DNA of 64,000 nt from Octopus sinensis (GCF_006345805.1 NC_043001.1:107446001-107510000), one strand, 5' to 3'. Shown: positions 48,219-62,225, counted from the first letter of the stretch. Translations and numbers: made by a program. The notes: a model not told the origin generated them from the sequence alone.

Positions 48219-49487
48219 CGGGGACGTTCAATAAGTAATGCCTCTGACCCACTTGCAGTTGTTTGATCTAGCTGAAATTTTACTCTATAGAGTAAGTGGC
48301 AAATTACAGCTCTGAATTAATTGTGGTTTCTGATTTACAGGTGTTTGAACCGAGTCAAGTGTGAAATGGAGCCTGTTGAGTGTCGAGCAGTGATCCGGTT
48401 TTTGTATTTGAAAGGACGCACACCACGGGAGACTTTTGATGAAATGAAAGTAACTTATGGTGATGATGTCCCATCATATGACCTTGTAAAATGCTGGCAT
48501 CGTGAATTCAAACATGGTCGGAACTCTGTGGAAACAGCTCCCAGATTTGGTCGCCCCTTCTGCCATTGATGAGGCATCTGTCCGTCAAGTTGAGGCTGCC
48601 ATTTTGGATGATCGACGCATAATTATTCGCCAAATAGCCCATGAGGTAAAGATTAGTACCGGGCCTGTGGAAACTATCATTCATGACCATTTGCATATGC
48701 AAAAGGTGTCTGCCAGATGGATTCCCAGGTTGCTCACGCCTTTCCAGAAGCAAGAACGCGTCGAGTGCTCGAGGGTGAATTTGGAGATGTGCCAAGAATA
48801 TGAGTCAAAATTTTTCAAAAGACTGATTACACAGGAGGAAACCTGGGTCCATCACGATGATCCAGAGACCAAAGCCCAGTCAATGCAGTGGAAGCACCGT
48901 GACTCACCCCCTCCAAAGAAGGCAAGGGTGCAGCCCTCTGCTGGCAAGGTCATGCTCACAGTCTTCTGGGACCAGGACGGAGTAGTGATGACAGATTTCC
49001 TGGCAAAGGGTACCACAATTGCAGGAGCCTATTATGCTTCACTTTTGAGGAAATTAAGAGAAGTTATCAAAATCAAGAGGCGGGGCAAGATCAGCAAAGG
49101 CATCCTCCTCCTGCAGGATAACGCTCCGGTCCACAACTCGCTTGTCGCCAGATCAGAAGCACAGGCGTATGGCTATGAACTCCTCCCCATCCCCCTACTT
49201 TCCTGACCTTGCACCCTCTGATTTTCACCTCTTCCCAGTCATGAAGTTGTTTTTGAAAGGAAAGCGTTTCCCAGATGATGCAGCCTTGATTTCTGAAGTC
49301 ACGTTCAGGTTGGAGGTCCAAGCTGGGGTCTTCTACAAAAACGGTCTCCAGAGCTGCATCAAACAATGGGAGAAATGCGTAACTCTGGGTGGTTCCTATG
49401 TAGAAAAAGACTAATAACCGTGCCAAGTTTCGTTGCTCTACTGCTATGGGAAGTGGGTGAGGGTCATTACTTATTGAACGCCCCTCG
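48219..49487 (+). mobile_element. Full-length mariner element (1269 bp), TA TSDs, ~30-bp TIRs, transposase disrupted
   Basis: TA|CGGGGACGTTCAATAAGTAATG ... CATTACTTATTGAACGCCCCTCG|TA; transposase 48366-49414 with WIPRLL, QDNA and YFPDLAPSD, two frameshifts, first catalytic Asp replaced (TQEETW). Confidence 0.95.
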
Positions 49488-49773
49488 TAAAACGTTAAAA
49501 CTTAGTGTATAAGCACAACAGAGTTCAATATCAATCTGTGCGAAGCTGATTCCCTCTGCGTCCTACAGCTGATAACAACAGTCCGGATGCTTATTGATCA
49601 GACTTATATATACATACAAAGTACCACCTTGTCGTGGTTGTTCCGTACTAAACAATGTTAACACTCTTTTTAACCCCAGGAAGACATTACCTCCAGCTGG
49701 TTGATGACACGATATCTGTGTCCGTTATATTGCAAACAAGGGAGCAAACAACTCCCGTCTCGCGGAGTCAGAA

Positions 49774-49818
49774 CCAGTAGACCAGCTGGTTTGAGGCTCT
49801 TACCCTTCCTCAGTACTG
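49774..49818 (-). ncRNA. Degenerate hammerhead, one arm of an inverted PLE-like repeat (partner 49904-50191)
   Basis: CAGTA CTGAGGA AGGGTAAGAGCCT CAAA CCAGCTGG TC TACTG; stem III ACCAGCTGGT; GAAA changed to CAAA. Confidence 0.55.
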
Positions 49819-49930
49819 CTACACCATTCTGCTAGACATAGCAATCGTTCGTCCCCGTTCGCAATATACAGCAGACAAGTGTACCACTAGGGTAGGGTAT
49901 GACCTTGAGGAAGGGTAAGACCTTGAAACC

Positions 49931-50163
49931 CATTTCTTTACTACCCACAAGGGGCTAAACACAGAGAGGGCAAACAAGGACAGACAAACAGATTAAGTCG
50001 ATTATATCGACCCCAGTGCGTAACAGGTACTTATTTAATCGACCCCTGAAAGGATGAAAGGCAAAGTCGACCTCGGCGGAATTTGAACTCAGAACGTAGC
50101 GGCAGACGAAATACCGCTAAGCATTTCGCGCCGGCGTGCTAACGTTTCTGCTAGCTCGCCGCC
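49931..50163 (-). mobile_element. SINE family B, full length, with 15-bp TSD
   Basis: TAAGACCTTGAAACC at 49916-49930 and 50164-50178. Confidence 0.95.
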
Positions 50164-50204
50164 TAAGACCTTGAAACCAGCTGGTCTACTGAAACTAGCT
50201 GGTA

Positions 50205-50424
50205 TACATGATAGGGTGCTGAAAATTTCTTAATATTAAGTGCATCGCGAAAGGCCTGGCTCTAGGCAGAGCCTTCCGAGTTCTTTTACAGGCCTTAACA
50301 AAAATTCAAGGGTCGCTGCAATAAGTGAATCTGAGAGGGGAATATGTTGAATTATAATGAAATGAGCCTACTTCTGTATTTTCTTTTACACAAGGACCGC
50401 AATTTTTCAGCAACCACTCGTGTA
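50205..50424 (+). mobile_element. Mariner-derived MITE (same family as 2140-2352)
   Basis: TACATGATAGGGTGCTGAAAATT ... AATTTTTCAGCAACCACTCGTGTA imperfect TIRs with TA ends. Confidence 0.7.
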
Positions 50425-51989
50425 CTTTATTTGTGAGTTCACTAGTCTACTAAGGGCTTCAAGTAAAGACATCTTCACAACTATTCCAGCGTATCACATG
50501 GAAGTGTTGGAGAACTCGATCTCTTCATATGAAATACATTGGTTGTGTTTTTAACCCACAAATAATAAATATCTATCTACCGATGCAGAGTTGAGAAATC
50601 ATTCTCACTGTTCGATAATAGCTCACACGCACGCACACACACACACACATACACACGTATACACATAGATACATATATATTATGAATATATGTATATATG
50701 TAGGTATATACGTACTATGTATGTATGTGTTTATGCATGTATGTATGTATGCACACACACAATCACTATGTTTATTTTATACACTTTTCTTCCATTAATG
50801 AAACATCTGGAAGTTTTTCGACACACCCAGTTATCGATGTAAGTTAAGCATACAAGTAAATAAGTTATGTCCGCACTAATGAATACAATCGAAATATGTT
50901 TACGTCAATCGTTTCATATATATATATATACACATACATATATAACCATATATATATACATATACATACATACACACGCATATATATATATGTGTGTGTG
51001 TGTGTATGTGTGTGTGTGCGTGTGCGTATGTGTGTGTGTATATACAGACATACAGGTAGGCACATAAGTACAAAACAATATGGAAACCAGTACTTGAATA
51101 CCAAAGGTAGAGCAATATGCTTGTAGAGTATTCATTAAAACATTCCGACGAACTGGAAGTGAATTCCTCCACCACATTGCTATACATACCTCTGGTAAAC
51201 TATATATATATAGATTAGTATATGTATGTATGGCAAAGAGGTGGAGGAATTTGCTTCAAAATCACAAGATTCCAGGTTTCATCGCACGTTATTTCAGTTT
51301 GAGCATATACCTTCTATCATAGATTTTGGTCGACACAAATTAGCTAAATGATATTATATAGACGTCTACTATGTAATTTATAATATTATTTGCTGTTTCA
51401 TTCGATAAATAGTGAATTGTTATTATAATAACGTGTATTTTTTTAATAGTATGAAAGAAATCATAGGTATATTTCATATTTCGCCATGTTTTTTTTTAGT
51501 TTTAAATATTGTTCCTAGTATTAAAAAAAAACTAATGCCCTAAAATATATTTTGATCAAATATATAGTATGCAAATATATTTTATGACCGTTATAGTAGT
51601 TTAATTCTTACTTCTCATGTTTCATGTTTTAATTTTCATTTTTGTTTTTGCTTTTAATCACTGACGCTCATGCATTCAAACAAATATATTTAAATTCATG
51701 TTTTTTTTTCATGGATCTCTAACTCGTCATATATGAAGAATTACCCTGAAGTGATTCTTACCCACAAACATTGACTTTTATAATTCTATTATGGGTAAGA
51801 ATCAAAATAATTGTATGTAATTTGTATTTAATATTTATCATTTAATATACTATATTATTATATGAATATAATTTAATATAATATTATGTTAATAAATTTT
51901 AAATTGTGAATTGACAAGTGTGTATCTTCATTTTCTTAGAGATTGGGAAGCCAACCAACTACGGGATAGTACCTATCTAATATACTACT

Positions 51990-52200
51990 GGTAATGTGCC
52001 TAATTATCAATACCCAAGTGCTGGTTAACGCGGATACGAACACCACACTTTGGTCATCACCTGGTGCCATACTCTCTTTAGTACCAACTGACATCCTACA
52101 TATAAACTTACAACTCTGAAACACGGTCCATACTTTCAAACCCACCATTGTAAACACAAACATAACGTGTCTTTATATGTAAATAAAATAAGAAGCACTG
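51990..52200 (+). pseudogene. Possible LINE APE endonuclease remnant
   Basis: TQVLVNADTNTTLWSS resembles the GD.NA...W.S motif; later TF..T..NIT; very decayed. Confidence 0.3.
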
Positions 52201-52750
52201 CCTAAATTTACCCTTCCTAAAAATCTCATTCCATCCACCACTGGACAAAATAGCATGAATCTTGGAAAGCAACTCTTGAAGTCTAAGACTTATTTCTCTT
52301 TCCTATACCTAATCCATTTTATTAAATTTTACTCCTCTCACACTCTAAGTCTTGCTCCTATTCTTCTTATGCCCTCTTCAGTAAAAAAAAATACTGTACC
52401 TATTAGTAACTGACTCTGTATCGGCTCTCATTTAGACCATTTAGACCCTCTGGTGAAGGCCAGAGGCACACTCAACATCCAAACTCTACCTACCCATCCC
52501 TACAGAACACTGAAGAGATGGAGCTAGCATGGAGGATATCGTGACCTTTTGGTAGAAACGGCTGTAAGGAACTGATCTTTTAATCTTTTACTCTTTTTAT
52601 GCATTACTAGTATATATTTGTGTAGCAGACAATCTTTGCATGTGTATGTATTCTTATAATACTCCCTTTTGTTTTGGGATAAATAGACATAATAGAATAT
52701 CTACCGGCTGATGTACGTCATTTTTGTACCCTCTCCATTTTCTTTTTGCC

Positions 52751-52782
<32 letters not shown>

Positions 52783-52784
<2 letters not shown>

Positions 52785-52944
52785 CGGGCTTCTTTCAATT
52801 TTCGTCTACCAAATCCACTCACAAGGCTTTGATCAGCCTGAGGCTATAGTAGAAGATACTTGCTCAAGGTGCCACGCAGTGGGACTGGACCCGGAACCAT
52901 GTGGTTCTTAAGCAAGCGACTTACCACACAGCCACTCATACGCC

Positions 52945-52945
<1 letters not shown>
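52783..52945 (-). mobile_element. SINE family A head half, followed by (AAT)n
   Basis: GACGGGCTTCTTTC..GGTGCCACGCAGTGGGACTGGACCCGG..ACACAGCCACTCATACGCCT. Confidence 0.85.
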
Positions 52946-53027
<82 letters not shown>

Positions 53028-53429
53028 CATCTCATTGCCCACCCATCAATCGATAAAAGCAAAACGAACAGACATGCGCAGAAATCAGTTTTCTCGCTTC
53101 ATCTAATTCTATCTTGACGAGTTGAGAACCAGATACTGTGTGTCAATTTAATTCTCTTCATTGTTACTTCAATGCACTCTTACCAAATATGTATTCGGTG
53201 AATAAGCGATTACTGCAAGCTACTTTGTGATGTTTCCAAACATGATATTATGTTATCTGGCACCGACGCAACACAAGGCTTTAAATTTGCGGTAGGAAAG
53301 GAACCAGTCGATTATATCGGTCTCATTTCTTCACTGGTATTTATTTCATTGCTTTATTGTCACGGTAAGACTACTAGTGAACTCTTAATGATACCTAGAA
53401 GTTATTAGACCGAATTTCTGCGCTCTTAG

Positions 53430-53720
53430 TTCAAACCACGCCAATATCAACTTTGTCTTTCACCTCTTCGGGGGTTGATAAAAATGTTTCCATCTAAGTC
53501 GGTCTTAATTCAATTTTCACCGAGGTCGACGTTGTCTTTCATCATTCCGGGGTCGACTTTGTCTTTCATCATTTCGGGGTCAACTTTGTCTTTTAATCCT
53601 TCCGAGGTCGACTTTGTCTTTCATCCTTCCGGGGTCGATAAAAGGAAGTAAAAGCTGAGCACTGCGCGGCAGATGCAATCAACTGACTCCCTACCAAAAA
53701 ATCACTGGTCTTGTCCCAAA
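53430..53720 (+). mobile_element. SINE family B remnant with 28-bp internal tandem expansion
   Basis: (G[A/G]GGTCGACTTTGTCTTTCATCMTTYCG)x4 at ~53520-53640. Confidence 0.75.
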
Positions 53721-54170
53721 ATTTGAAACCAGGAAAACAACAAACATCAGAGAGTTAGATTTCTTTGATCGATGATAAATTTGTTGAATATCTAAATTAA
53801 TTGATTAGCTCAAGCGGTAAAACCGATAGATCAACTGATTAAATCTCTAAATGTCTTCATTTCAGATCTGATTAAAGTTGATAAAAAAAAATGTACTGCA
53901 ATTGTGGTGGCTGGTTTCCAATGACAGAATATTTTTGTTTGCGCTGACCAAAATAGAAGGTGATCAACAACGACCATCCTGTTCTTTCATGAAGCAGACT
54001 AAACTTATCATTATATTATATTACTCAATCTGCTCCAGATAACAGGATGTTATTTCAGACAGTTCACCGATTTTTCAGGCAGATTCGCAGAACTGGAATG
54101 AATATCAGCCATGTATGAACTCGACACTTCAACAAATTTGCGACCTTCTTGTACATGTTGTATGTATGCA

Positions 54171-54241
<71 letters not shown>

Positions 54242-54920
54242 GTATGTATGTATGTATGTATGTATGTATGTATATAATTTTAAATTAATAATTATATATT
54301 ATTAATTTAATATATAAATTGCTTATTTCCATGCTGACTATCTGATTATTATCGTTAATTAGATTTTAATCCTTATTTTATGAATATATATTTCATATAT
54401 AATTCTTAAAAAATAATATTATTGATAGTGACTTCGAAATTTCAGTGAGTTAAGTATAGAGTAACCCATCAGATTAATGCAAAATTATTGTAATTGAACT
54501 TAAAAGTAAACGTACAAACATACATTTATTTCACCTTCTTAAGGCACTAAGCTTTGGTTAAGAAAAATATGGCTGTTATTTCCAACGACACGAACGACTG
54601 TGCAAAGGCTATTTCGTTGGTTTGTCATCTTCTAAGTAATTATTTGAAGTGATTGTATTAAGATTGTTTATTTATATATAAATAAGCACTGGAAACAGTC
54701 TATTTTTACAACGCAGAAAAAAGACGATAGCATTAACAAAAAAGAAAAATGAAAAATATATCGAACACGAATGTACAAAATGCTTCCATGACCAAGAGAC
54801 GGGAAAAAATGTGGTGTCAATTATCGTATTCTTATTTTGAAATAAATCTAATAAAATATTTATTTCTACGTTAATGTCTGGTAAGAAAAAAAAATCTATA
54901 CAATTAGAAAATCTCTATCA

Positions 54921-55015
<95 letters not shown>

Positions 55016-55023
55016 CATCCATC

Positions 55024-55135
<112 letters not shown>

Positions 55136-55690
55136 GAAGGGAGTGGTTAGGGGCGTTCTCTTTTTTTTTTTGGAGAGTGTTTACAGCTGATTTATACATA
55201 ATGTACGGTGTTCGATATTCTGAAGCTATTGGCTTTTCAGACACGTTTTTGTCTGATTGGATTAGCTTATGAAATTTTCTAACATTTTGCCTATCATAAT
55301 ATCTTGTGAGGAAGATCAGACACTCGCATACGTAGACACAGTACATAAATTAAAACGGGAAAATATACACAATTTTACTAAGAAATGCATACATATAAAG
55401 AAAAACGTGTAAATACATGTACGGAGTATTGGGACTTGGGAAGAATCAAATAAAAGAAAAATAAAGGTGATAGCTCGGCCTATACAAACGAATAAACACG
55501 GAAAAACGTGTCTTTGTAACTACGTAGATAGAAAAATTCGCTAAACTGTCTCTGATATTTGATATTGCTCATATGTACGTAGGTTTATATATATCTATGT
55601 ATTTATGCATGTGTGTATGTATCTCTCACTCTCTACATACATACATGCGTATATAAATATATATATATTTGTGTGTGTGTGTGTGTGTGT

Positions 55691-55726
<36 letters not shown>

Positions 55727-55863
55727 TATAGATGGATAGATATGCATGTGTTTTAATACGTGTTTACATATATGTACAAATATACTTCCTGCACAAAAAC
55801 ACACATACATACATACATACACACAGATACATATATCTTTTTGTAAATAAGTATGTATGTATG

Positions 55864-55897
<34 letters not shown>

Positions 55898-55961
55898 TGT
55901 ATGTATGTATGTATGTATGGATGGATGGATGGATAGATAGATGCATGCATGTATGCAACTC

Positions 55962-56095
55962 TTCTGGCTTTCATTTCTCCCTGAATGGACTGGAGTAACG
56001 TGAAATAAAGCGTCTCGTGCAACGCACACCGGGAATTGAACGCCCGATGTTACGATCATGAGTCGAATACCCTACACACTAAACCGCGCACCTTC
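55962..56095 (-). mobile_element. SINE family C head fragment
   Basis: GGACTGGAGTAACGTGAAATAAAG..GGGAATTGAAC..ACGATC..CACTAAACCGCGCACC. Confidence 0.7.
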
Positions 56096-56107
56096 ACTCA
56101 ACATATA

Positions 56108-56332
56108 TATATATATATATATATATAATTAATCCAAACATGAAAACACAAAGAGAAAACACAACATCGCGAGGACGTGGAACAAGTATAGTATATATAG
56201 GAAAGAAGAAAAGAAGGAGGGTTTAACGTTTCGAGCGGAGCTCTTCGTCAGAAACATAAAAAAGAAAAATCCAAAGAAGGGAAGACGGCGGGGAAAAATC
56301 GCCAACAGTACACACGTGGTCAAATTTTGAAT

Positions 56333-56335
<3 letters not shown>
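56108..56335 (-). mobile_element. PLE terminal fragment in (TA)n with minimal hammerhead at 56221-56255
   Basis: GTTT CTGACGA A GAGC TCC GCTC GAAA CG TT AAAC; palindromic AACGTT stem III. Confidence 0.75.
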
Positions 56336-56397
<62 letters not shown>

Positions 56398-57370
56398 CGA
56401 TTACGTGTCATCTAGGGGAGAAATATAAAAGAATGGCACATGTTCAATTTAATCGAAATTCAATTCCATCGATCTGAGTGTAATAAAAGACAATATCAAC
56501 TGAAAATCTGAGCTCGTAAATGGGCAGGAAGAGATTAAATGCTGAAACATAATATCTGTGTTAATGAACTGTGGCCATACTGGGGAATCGTCTTTAATAC
56601 TTTCATTCCATCTTATTGACTCGAATATATTTACGTATGATTCTTATTTCATCAATCTATATGAATCGAATTGCTTAGTCACGCTTTTGTTTTATATACA
56701 AAACAAGCTCAAAATTACACACGAACATATTGAGGCATCTGTGTGTGTGTGTTTAGATATACATATATAACTAGCACTCCGTCCGTTTCGACGATGATTA
56801 TTCAATTATTTCATCACCAGAATTTCCGGTTCGTCGGTTAAATATGAGAGTGACTGAGGATTTCTAAGAGAAATTGTGAAGTAGAACCAGTATAACGTTA
56901 TACGTGACAAGGCAGTATCTTGTGAACTACGGATACAATTCATGCGACGGGCTTCGAAATAACATCCTTCTACCTAATTTCATTCACAATGTAAGGACCG
57001 ACTCTTGGCTAGAGAAAATGTCAAATGTCCGTGATAACATACAATAGCATCAAGCTGGGGATCTCTTAGTTTCTTAGTATATATGTATACTTACTCACAC
57101 TCGCCTGAAGCACATACATGCACTCCCCCCCACACACGTATATAAACCCATACGCGCACAATTATAGTCATATACACGTCTAAAAATACGCATATGCTAT
57201 ATGCATATGCTCACTCACACTCGCGTGAAATACATACATACGCACCATCACACACATCTGTATGTATACATATATATGCAACCGTACATATATACGCACC
57301 CGCACACACGTACACACACACATACGCGTACAAATATGTTCATAAACACGTCTCTCTCTCTCTCTCTCTC

Positions 57371-57446
<76 letters not shown>

Positions 57447-58654
57447 GTATATATATACATATGTATGTATGTATGATGTATACGTGTGTGCTTTATGTGT
57501 ATGTATGCTAATCTGTTTTGCAGTTTTTGCCTATCAGTTCCACTAAGAAGCATTAATCAATCGAAAGCTTCGATATAAGCAACTTTGACCAGAATGACCG
57601 TCCAGGATGACCGCCCAGTAAGACTGAACCCAGAAGCACGTAGTTGAATAGTAATCATTTTGAGTGTCGCGCTTATATCACTGGCATTATAGTCAGAAAT
57701 GATTTAGACGTATTACCGTTTGATTGCTTTCGTGTTTCTTTTTTAAATCACGGTGTGCTTGCTTTTAAATCACGATCGATATCATAGTTGGAAGTGTAGT
57801 ACTTTGATCGTTAATTAAAAATTACGAATGACCTACATTTAAAGGGGTGACATTGAGACGTATATAGAAATTCTGAACAGCCACGACAGCTAAAAGCGAA
57901 TATAAGAAAACTAAATTAAAAAATAATTTACTATGTAAACAAAAGCCATGGCGGAGTCAAGAAAACAAGGAAACCAATTCCTGATAGTTTTTTAATTGTT
58001 TTTGAAATAAATTTGAAACTTTATTACTCTAATTTATTTTAGCTTGCCTTGGAACGACTTTGCATTCCATCACTTTAGGGCCTATAAAAAATAAGTATTG
58101 CCAATAAATCATTTTTGTGAAAAGAATAACTTTGATTCAAGACAAAAGAAAAGATTAATTCTTCGTGTAATTGACTAAGGGAAAGTATATTACAGCATGG
58201 CTCCGCTACTTACGTATAGACAGCTACAGACTTATTTAACACGTCATAAATCATGTTATAACAGCACAGACGATGTGCGGGGAGAGTAGAATTAGCTTTC
58301 AGTAGATGAAAAATATACAACCAACATGATTCATACTAATTCAACACGGTGAGGAGCCAGCGCGCTAGCCTCTTGGTGGTCGGTTGAATTGCTGGATATA
58401 GCAGTCAAGTCTTCCTTAAATCACTTCGTTATATTATGTAAATCACCCATTGGGTAGTATAGCTCTAGATATGTTTTCTAAAGAGAGGAGCTGACCACGA
58501 GTGGACTAATCAATAGCCTACTGACGAAAATTCATCAAATATATTTAAGTCAAACTAGGCTTCTTACCAATGAATCTTAAGAGTTATATCCACAAAAGAT
58601 ATTGAACTTCATTCATTAACATCCATCTAAGTTGTTGACATATTCTTCTCTACT

Positions 58655-58858
58655 TTAGGCACGAGGCCCGAAATTTTGGGGAAGGGAGCCAGTCGATTAG
58701 ATCGACTCCAGTACGCAACCGGTATCTAATTTATTGACCCCGAAAGGATGAAAGGCAAAGTCGACCTCGGCGGAATTTGAACTCAGAACGTAGGGCAGAT
58801 AAAATACTGCCAAGCATTTCACCCGGCGCGCTAACGATTCTTCCAGCTCGTCGCCTTA
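58655..58858 (-). mobile_element. SINE family B
   Basis: AAAGGCAAAGTCGACCTCGGCGGAATTTGAACTCAG..CCAGCTCGTCGCCTT. Confidence 0.9.
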
Positions 58859-60522
58859 AGCTGTTAACATATTAAATGATCCGACTGTCTATTCGTATAC
58901 ACTTAGGTTAATTTGGACTCAAACTTTCGAAGAAGGTGAGCAATTTCGGGGCGGGGCTAAGTCGGTTTAATTGACCCCATTGCTCAACTGGCACTCATTT
59001 CATTGAGTTTGAAAAACAAATTCCTGTTTAAGAACGACTTCAATTCAAACTATAACAGAAAAAAACCCTAATCCTATTAGAAAGGTAAACATTTTAAATG
59101 AAGTAAAATACAATTAAATAGTGTCATTGAAGAGGACACAGATGTGTGACGAAAGATTTCCGCACTGTAGAAATGAGTTAAAATAGGAACAGTAATAAAT
59201 GAGTGAAGAACAAATATATAGTGCGTGTGTCTATTTGGCAAAAAATGACCGTCCCGAAACGCAATAATTAAGTAGAATTATATGAAAAACTCGAGATCAA
59301 TATGCTTACAGTATTTTACTAAATATACACTGTCAACGTAGCTGGGCGAAAATTTTGAATGGCTCGCTCCTGGGCCATATGACCGTCTTGTATATCACTG
59401 GTCTATGTCGCTACAGAAATTTGAACTCATTTGTGTAATTACAGCGTGTTTTGTTTTCACGCCACTCTAACGATTCTGCCAATCCGACGCCCTTAAAATA
59501 TTCGAATAATATTACTCGTCAAGTAACAGTCTATTTTTGCATTACCTGCGCTACAATAATGTGACATACATAACACTCTTGTCAAGATTATTAAAGAAAG
59601 AGGTCAACCGAAATAGCATCATTAGACCAACAGTAAAACAAACAAACAAACAAAAAGAATAATTAATAAATCAAGGCAAATGTATTTGTTGAATCTCAAT
59701 GAAAAGACTAAGCAGTGATTTAGTTTTTTACTTCGAAAATAAGCACAAAGAAATATTGCATTGTTGGGTGAAAAAAAAAACCTGAGGACATAAAAATGTC
59801 AAAAGCATGTAATTACGTCTTCTTTAGTGTTCTCATTCAACATGAGCTAACAAGAAAAGCAAGCGAGTGGTCACACAGAACAATATGCGTTTGTACATAC
59901 ACGCAAGCGCACACATGACCACACACGCACACACACACACACACACACAAATACACACACACACACACACACACACACTATGATGGCCAGGCTCTCATAT
60001 TTACGCGCTCACACTCACACGTACACTCCCTCAAAGTGTTATGCACTCACACACACACACTCATATATATACACAGACGCACACACACATACACTTTCTC
60101 TCTCTCTCTCTTTCACGCACACTAAGATACCAAGCTCTCATATATTACGATCACACTCACACTCACACGTACACTCCCTCAAAGTGTTATGTACTCACAC
60201 ACATACTCATAGACACACACACACGCACAAATACACACACATACACACATACACACATACACGCACACATACACATTTTTTCATCTACTTACGTATTCGA
60301 GTATACATGTTTTATATTTGTGTTTGTTAACACACGAAGAGAACAATAGCCCAATAAATATTATTAAGATTACGTTTATGAAAAATAAGTCGACGAATCA
60401 CTTTGTTGATACTCAGAGTGTCAGGCTAATTATACTCAATCAGGACACATTGAAATAACTGAATGCATTGGTATGGCATCGATTGATCAATTCCCATTGT
60501 TTAATAGCAATCAGATGCTACG

Positions 60523-60562
60523 CCAGAGTTCTTTCGTCACACTTCTGTGACCTCATCAGTGG
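60523..60562 (-). ncRNA. Minimal PLE-type hammerhead
   Basis: CCA CTGATGA G GTCACA GAAG TGTGAC GAAA GAAC TC TGG; 6-bp stem II, 3-bp stem I. Confidence 0.5.
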
Positions 60563-61029
60563 TCCTTTGCTTTCTTCTTTCTTATTTGTGTGTCTCTCTT
60601 TACTAATGGTCAGCCGTTTGGGGTAATATTCGCCTGAACCAACATGTAATAATGTTAACTCCAGCTGCTTCTTTAACATTTTCAGCTCCCTGAATAGCTA
60701 TTTCTATGCGATTGGTTTCTTGGTGAAGTAGGGAGTTAGATATTGCTACCCTCCTTTGAATTTCTTGCCGTGATATAGGCTGTTAGATTTTTGTAAAATA
60801 GAGAACTCCGATCAATCTACGGGTGTCATGGAGGATTGTGCACACTTTTGCAGATTAATCATGCAGATGAAGCGAGTTCTCCAAAGAACTAATCTTTTGG
60901 GGCGATAGATATTTAGTTCTTCAGACTTGCTGTGTAGCCATAACGTTGGCAGTTTTAGGACTTGAAGATTCTTGCCGCGTGTTGTCCATAATATTGTTTC
61001 CACTATAGGTACGGGCTTCAAAGATTTCG

Positions 61030-61447
61030 GTGAGAGGGTGCTAGTCGGTTACATAGACTCCAGTGTCCAACTGGCGCTTATTTTATTGAACCTGAAAGAA
61101 TGAAGGGCAAAGATAACCTCGGCAGATTTTGAACTCAGAACGTAAAGACGGACCAAAAGCTCTTAAGCGTTTTATCCGGCGTGCAAACGATTCTGTCTGC
61201 TTGCCGCCTTTATAAAGTTTATATTTATATTTTAGTGGAAGTGGCGAGCTGGCAGGACCGATAGCACGCTGGGTAAAATGCTTTCCAGAATTTCGTCCTT
61301 CTTTACGCTCCGAGTTGACATTTCACCGAGGGCAACTTTGCCTTCCATCCTTTCGGAGTCGATAAAAGAAGTAGCAATCAGCCTTGGGGCCAAAGTAGTG
61401 GTCTAGCCCCCACCCGCAAAATTTCAGGCCTTGTGCTTATAGTAGAA
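61030..61447. mobile_element. Divergent pair of diverged SINE family B copies (61030-61212 -, 61245-61447 +)
   Basis: Same consensus on opposite strands ~30 bp apart. Confidence 0.75.
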
Positions 61448-61571
61448 ACGGAATATTTTTGCTTGATTGGGAAACGAATGTTCTTGGCTCTGTGTGTGAT
61501 TTCATTCAATTCAAATAATGAATTAATAGAAACAAGATTTTTCATTTCCTCGGATTTGTTGTTGTATATGA

Positions 61572-61667
61572 GGCGGAAGTAGTTTCTCGTCTGCGCTAGT
61601 GCTGTTACAGCATGAGCGCAGACGAGAAACTACTTCCGCCCAGTTTTCAACTGGGCGGAAGTAGTTT
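61572..61667. repeat. Overlapping double inverted repeat (A-A'-A)
   Basis: 61572-61597 pairs with 61615-61640 (26 bp); 61627-61645 pairs with 61649-61667 (19 bp). Confidence 0.9.
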
Positions 61668-61896
61668 GATAATAGATTGGAAATCTTTTGTGGTCTCTAG
61701 TCAGCATATAAGATCGAGTACCAATTACTATCTGGTGCTTCTCTAAGTTATATGATTTATTTATTCTTTTACTCTTTTACTTGTAGTCTTTAGTAAGTTT
61801 TTATCATACTTTTATCATTAACTATCGACTTTAACTTCCTTTTCGAGTTGTTTATTTATATATGTATGTAATGACTCGCACACGTACACATACATG

Positions 61897-61969
<73 letters not shown>

Positions 61970-62179
61970 CATATAAATATATGTATATATATATATGTGT
62001 GTGTGTAAATATATACCTACATACAAACACACATATATATACATATATAAATACATGTATGCATAAATACATATATACATGCATATATATCTGTATATAT
62101 ATATATATGAGTGTGTGTGTGTGTTTATATGTATATATTATGTACATATTTATGTATTTGTGTTTGTATCTATCTATCC

Positions 62180-62225
<46 letters not shown>

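Noticed and set aside
48366-49414. Active or domesticated mariner transposase
   Set aside because: Two frameshifts and loss of the first catalytic Asp
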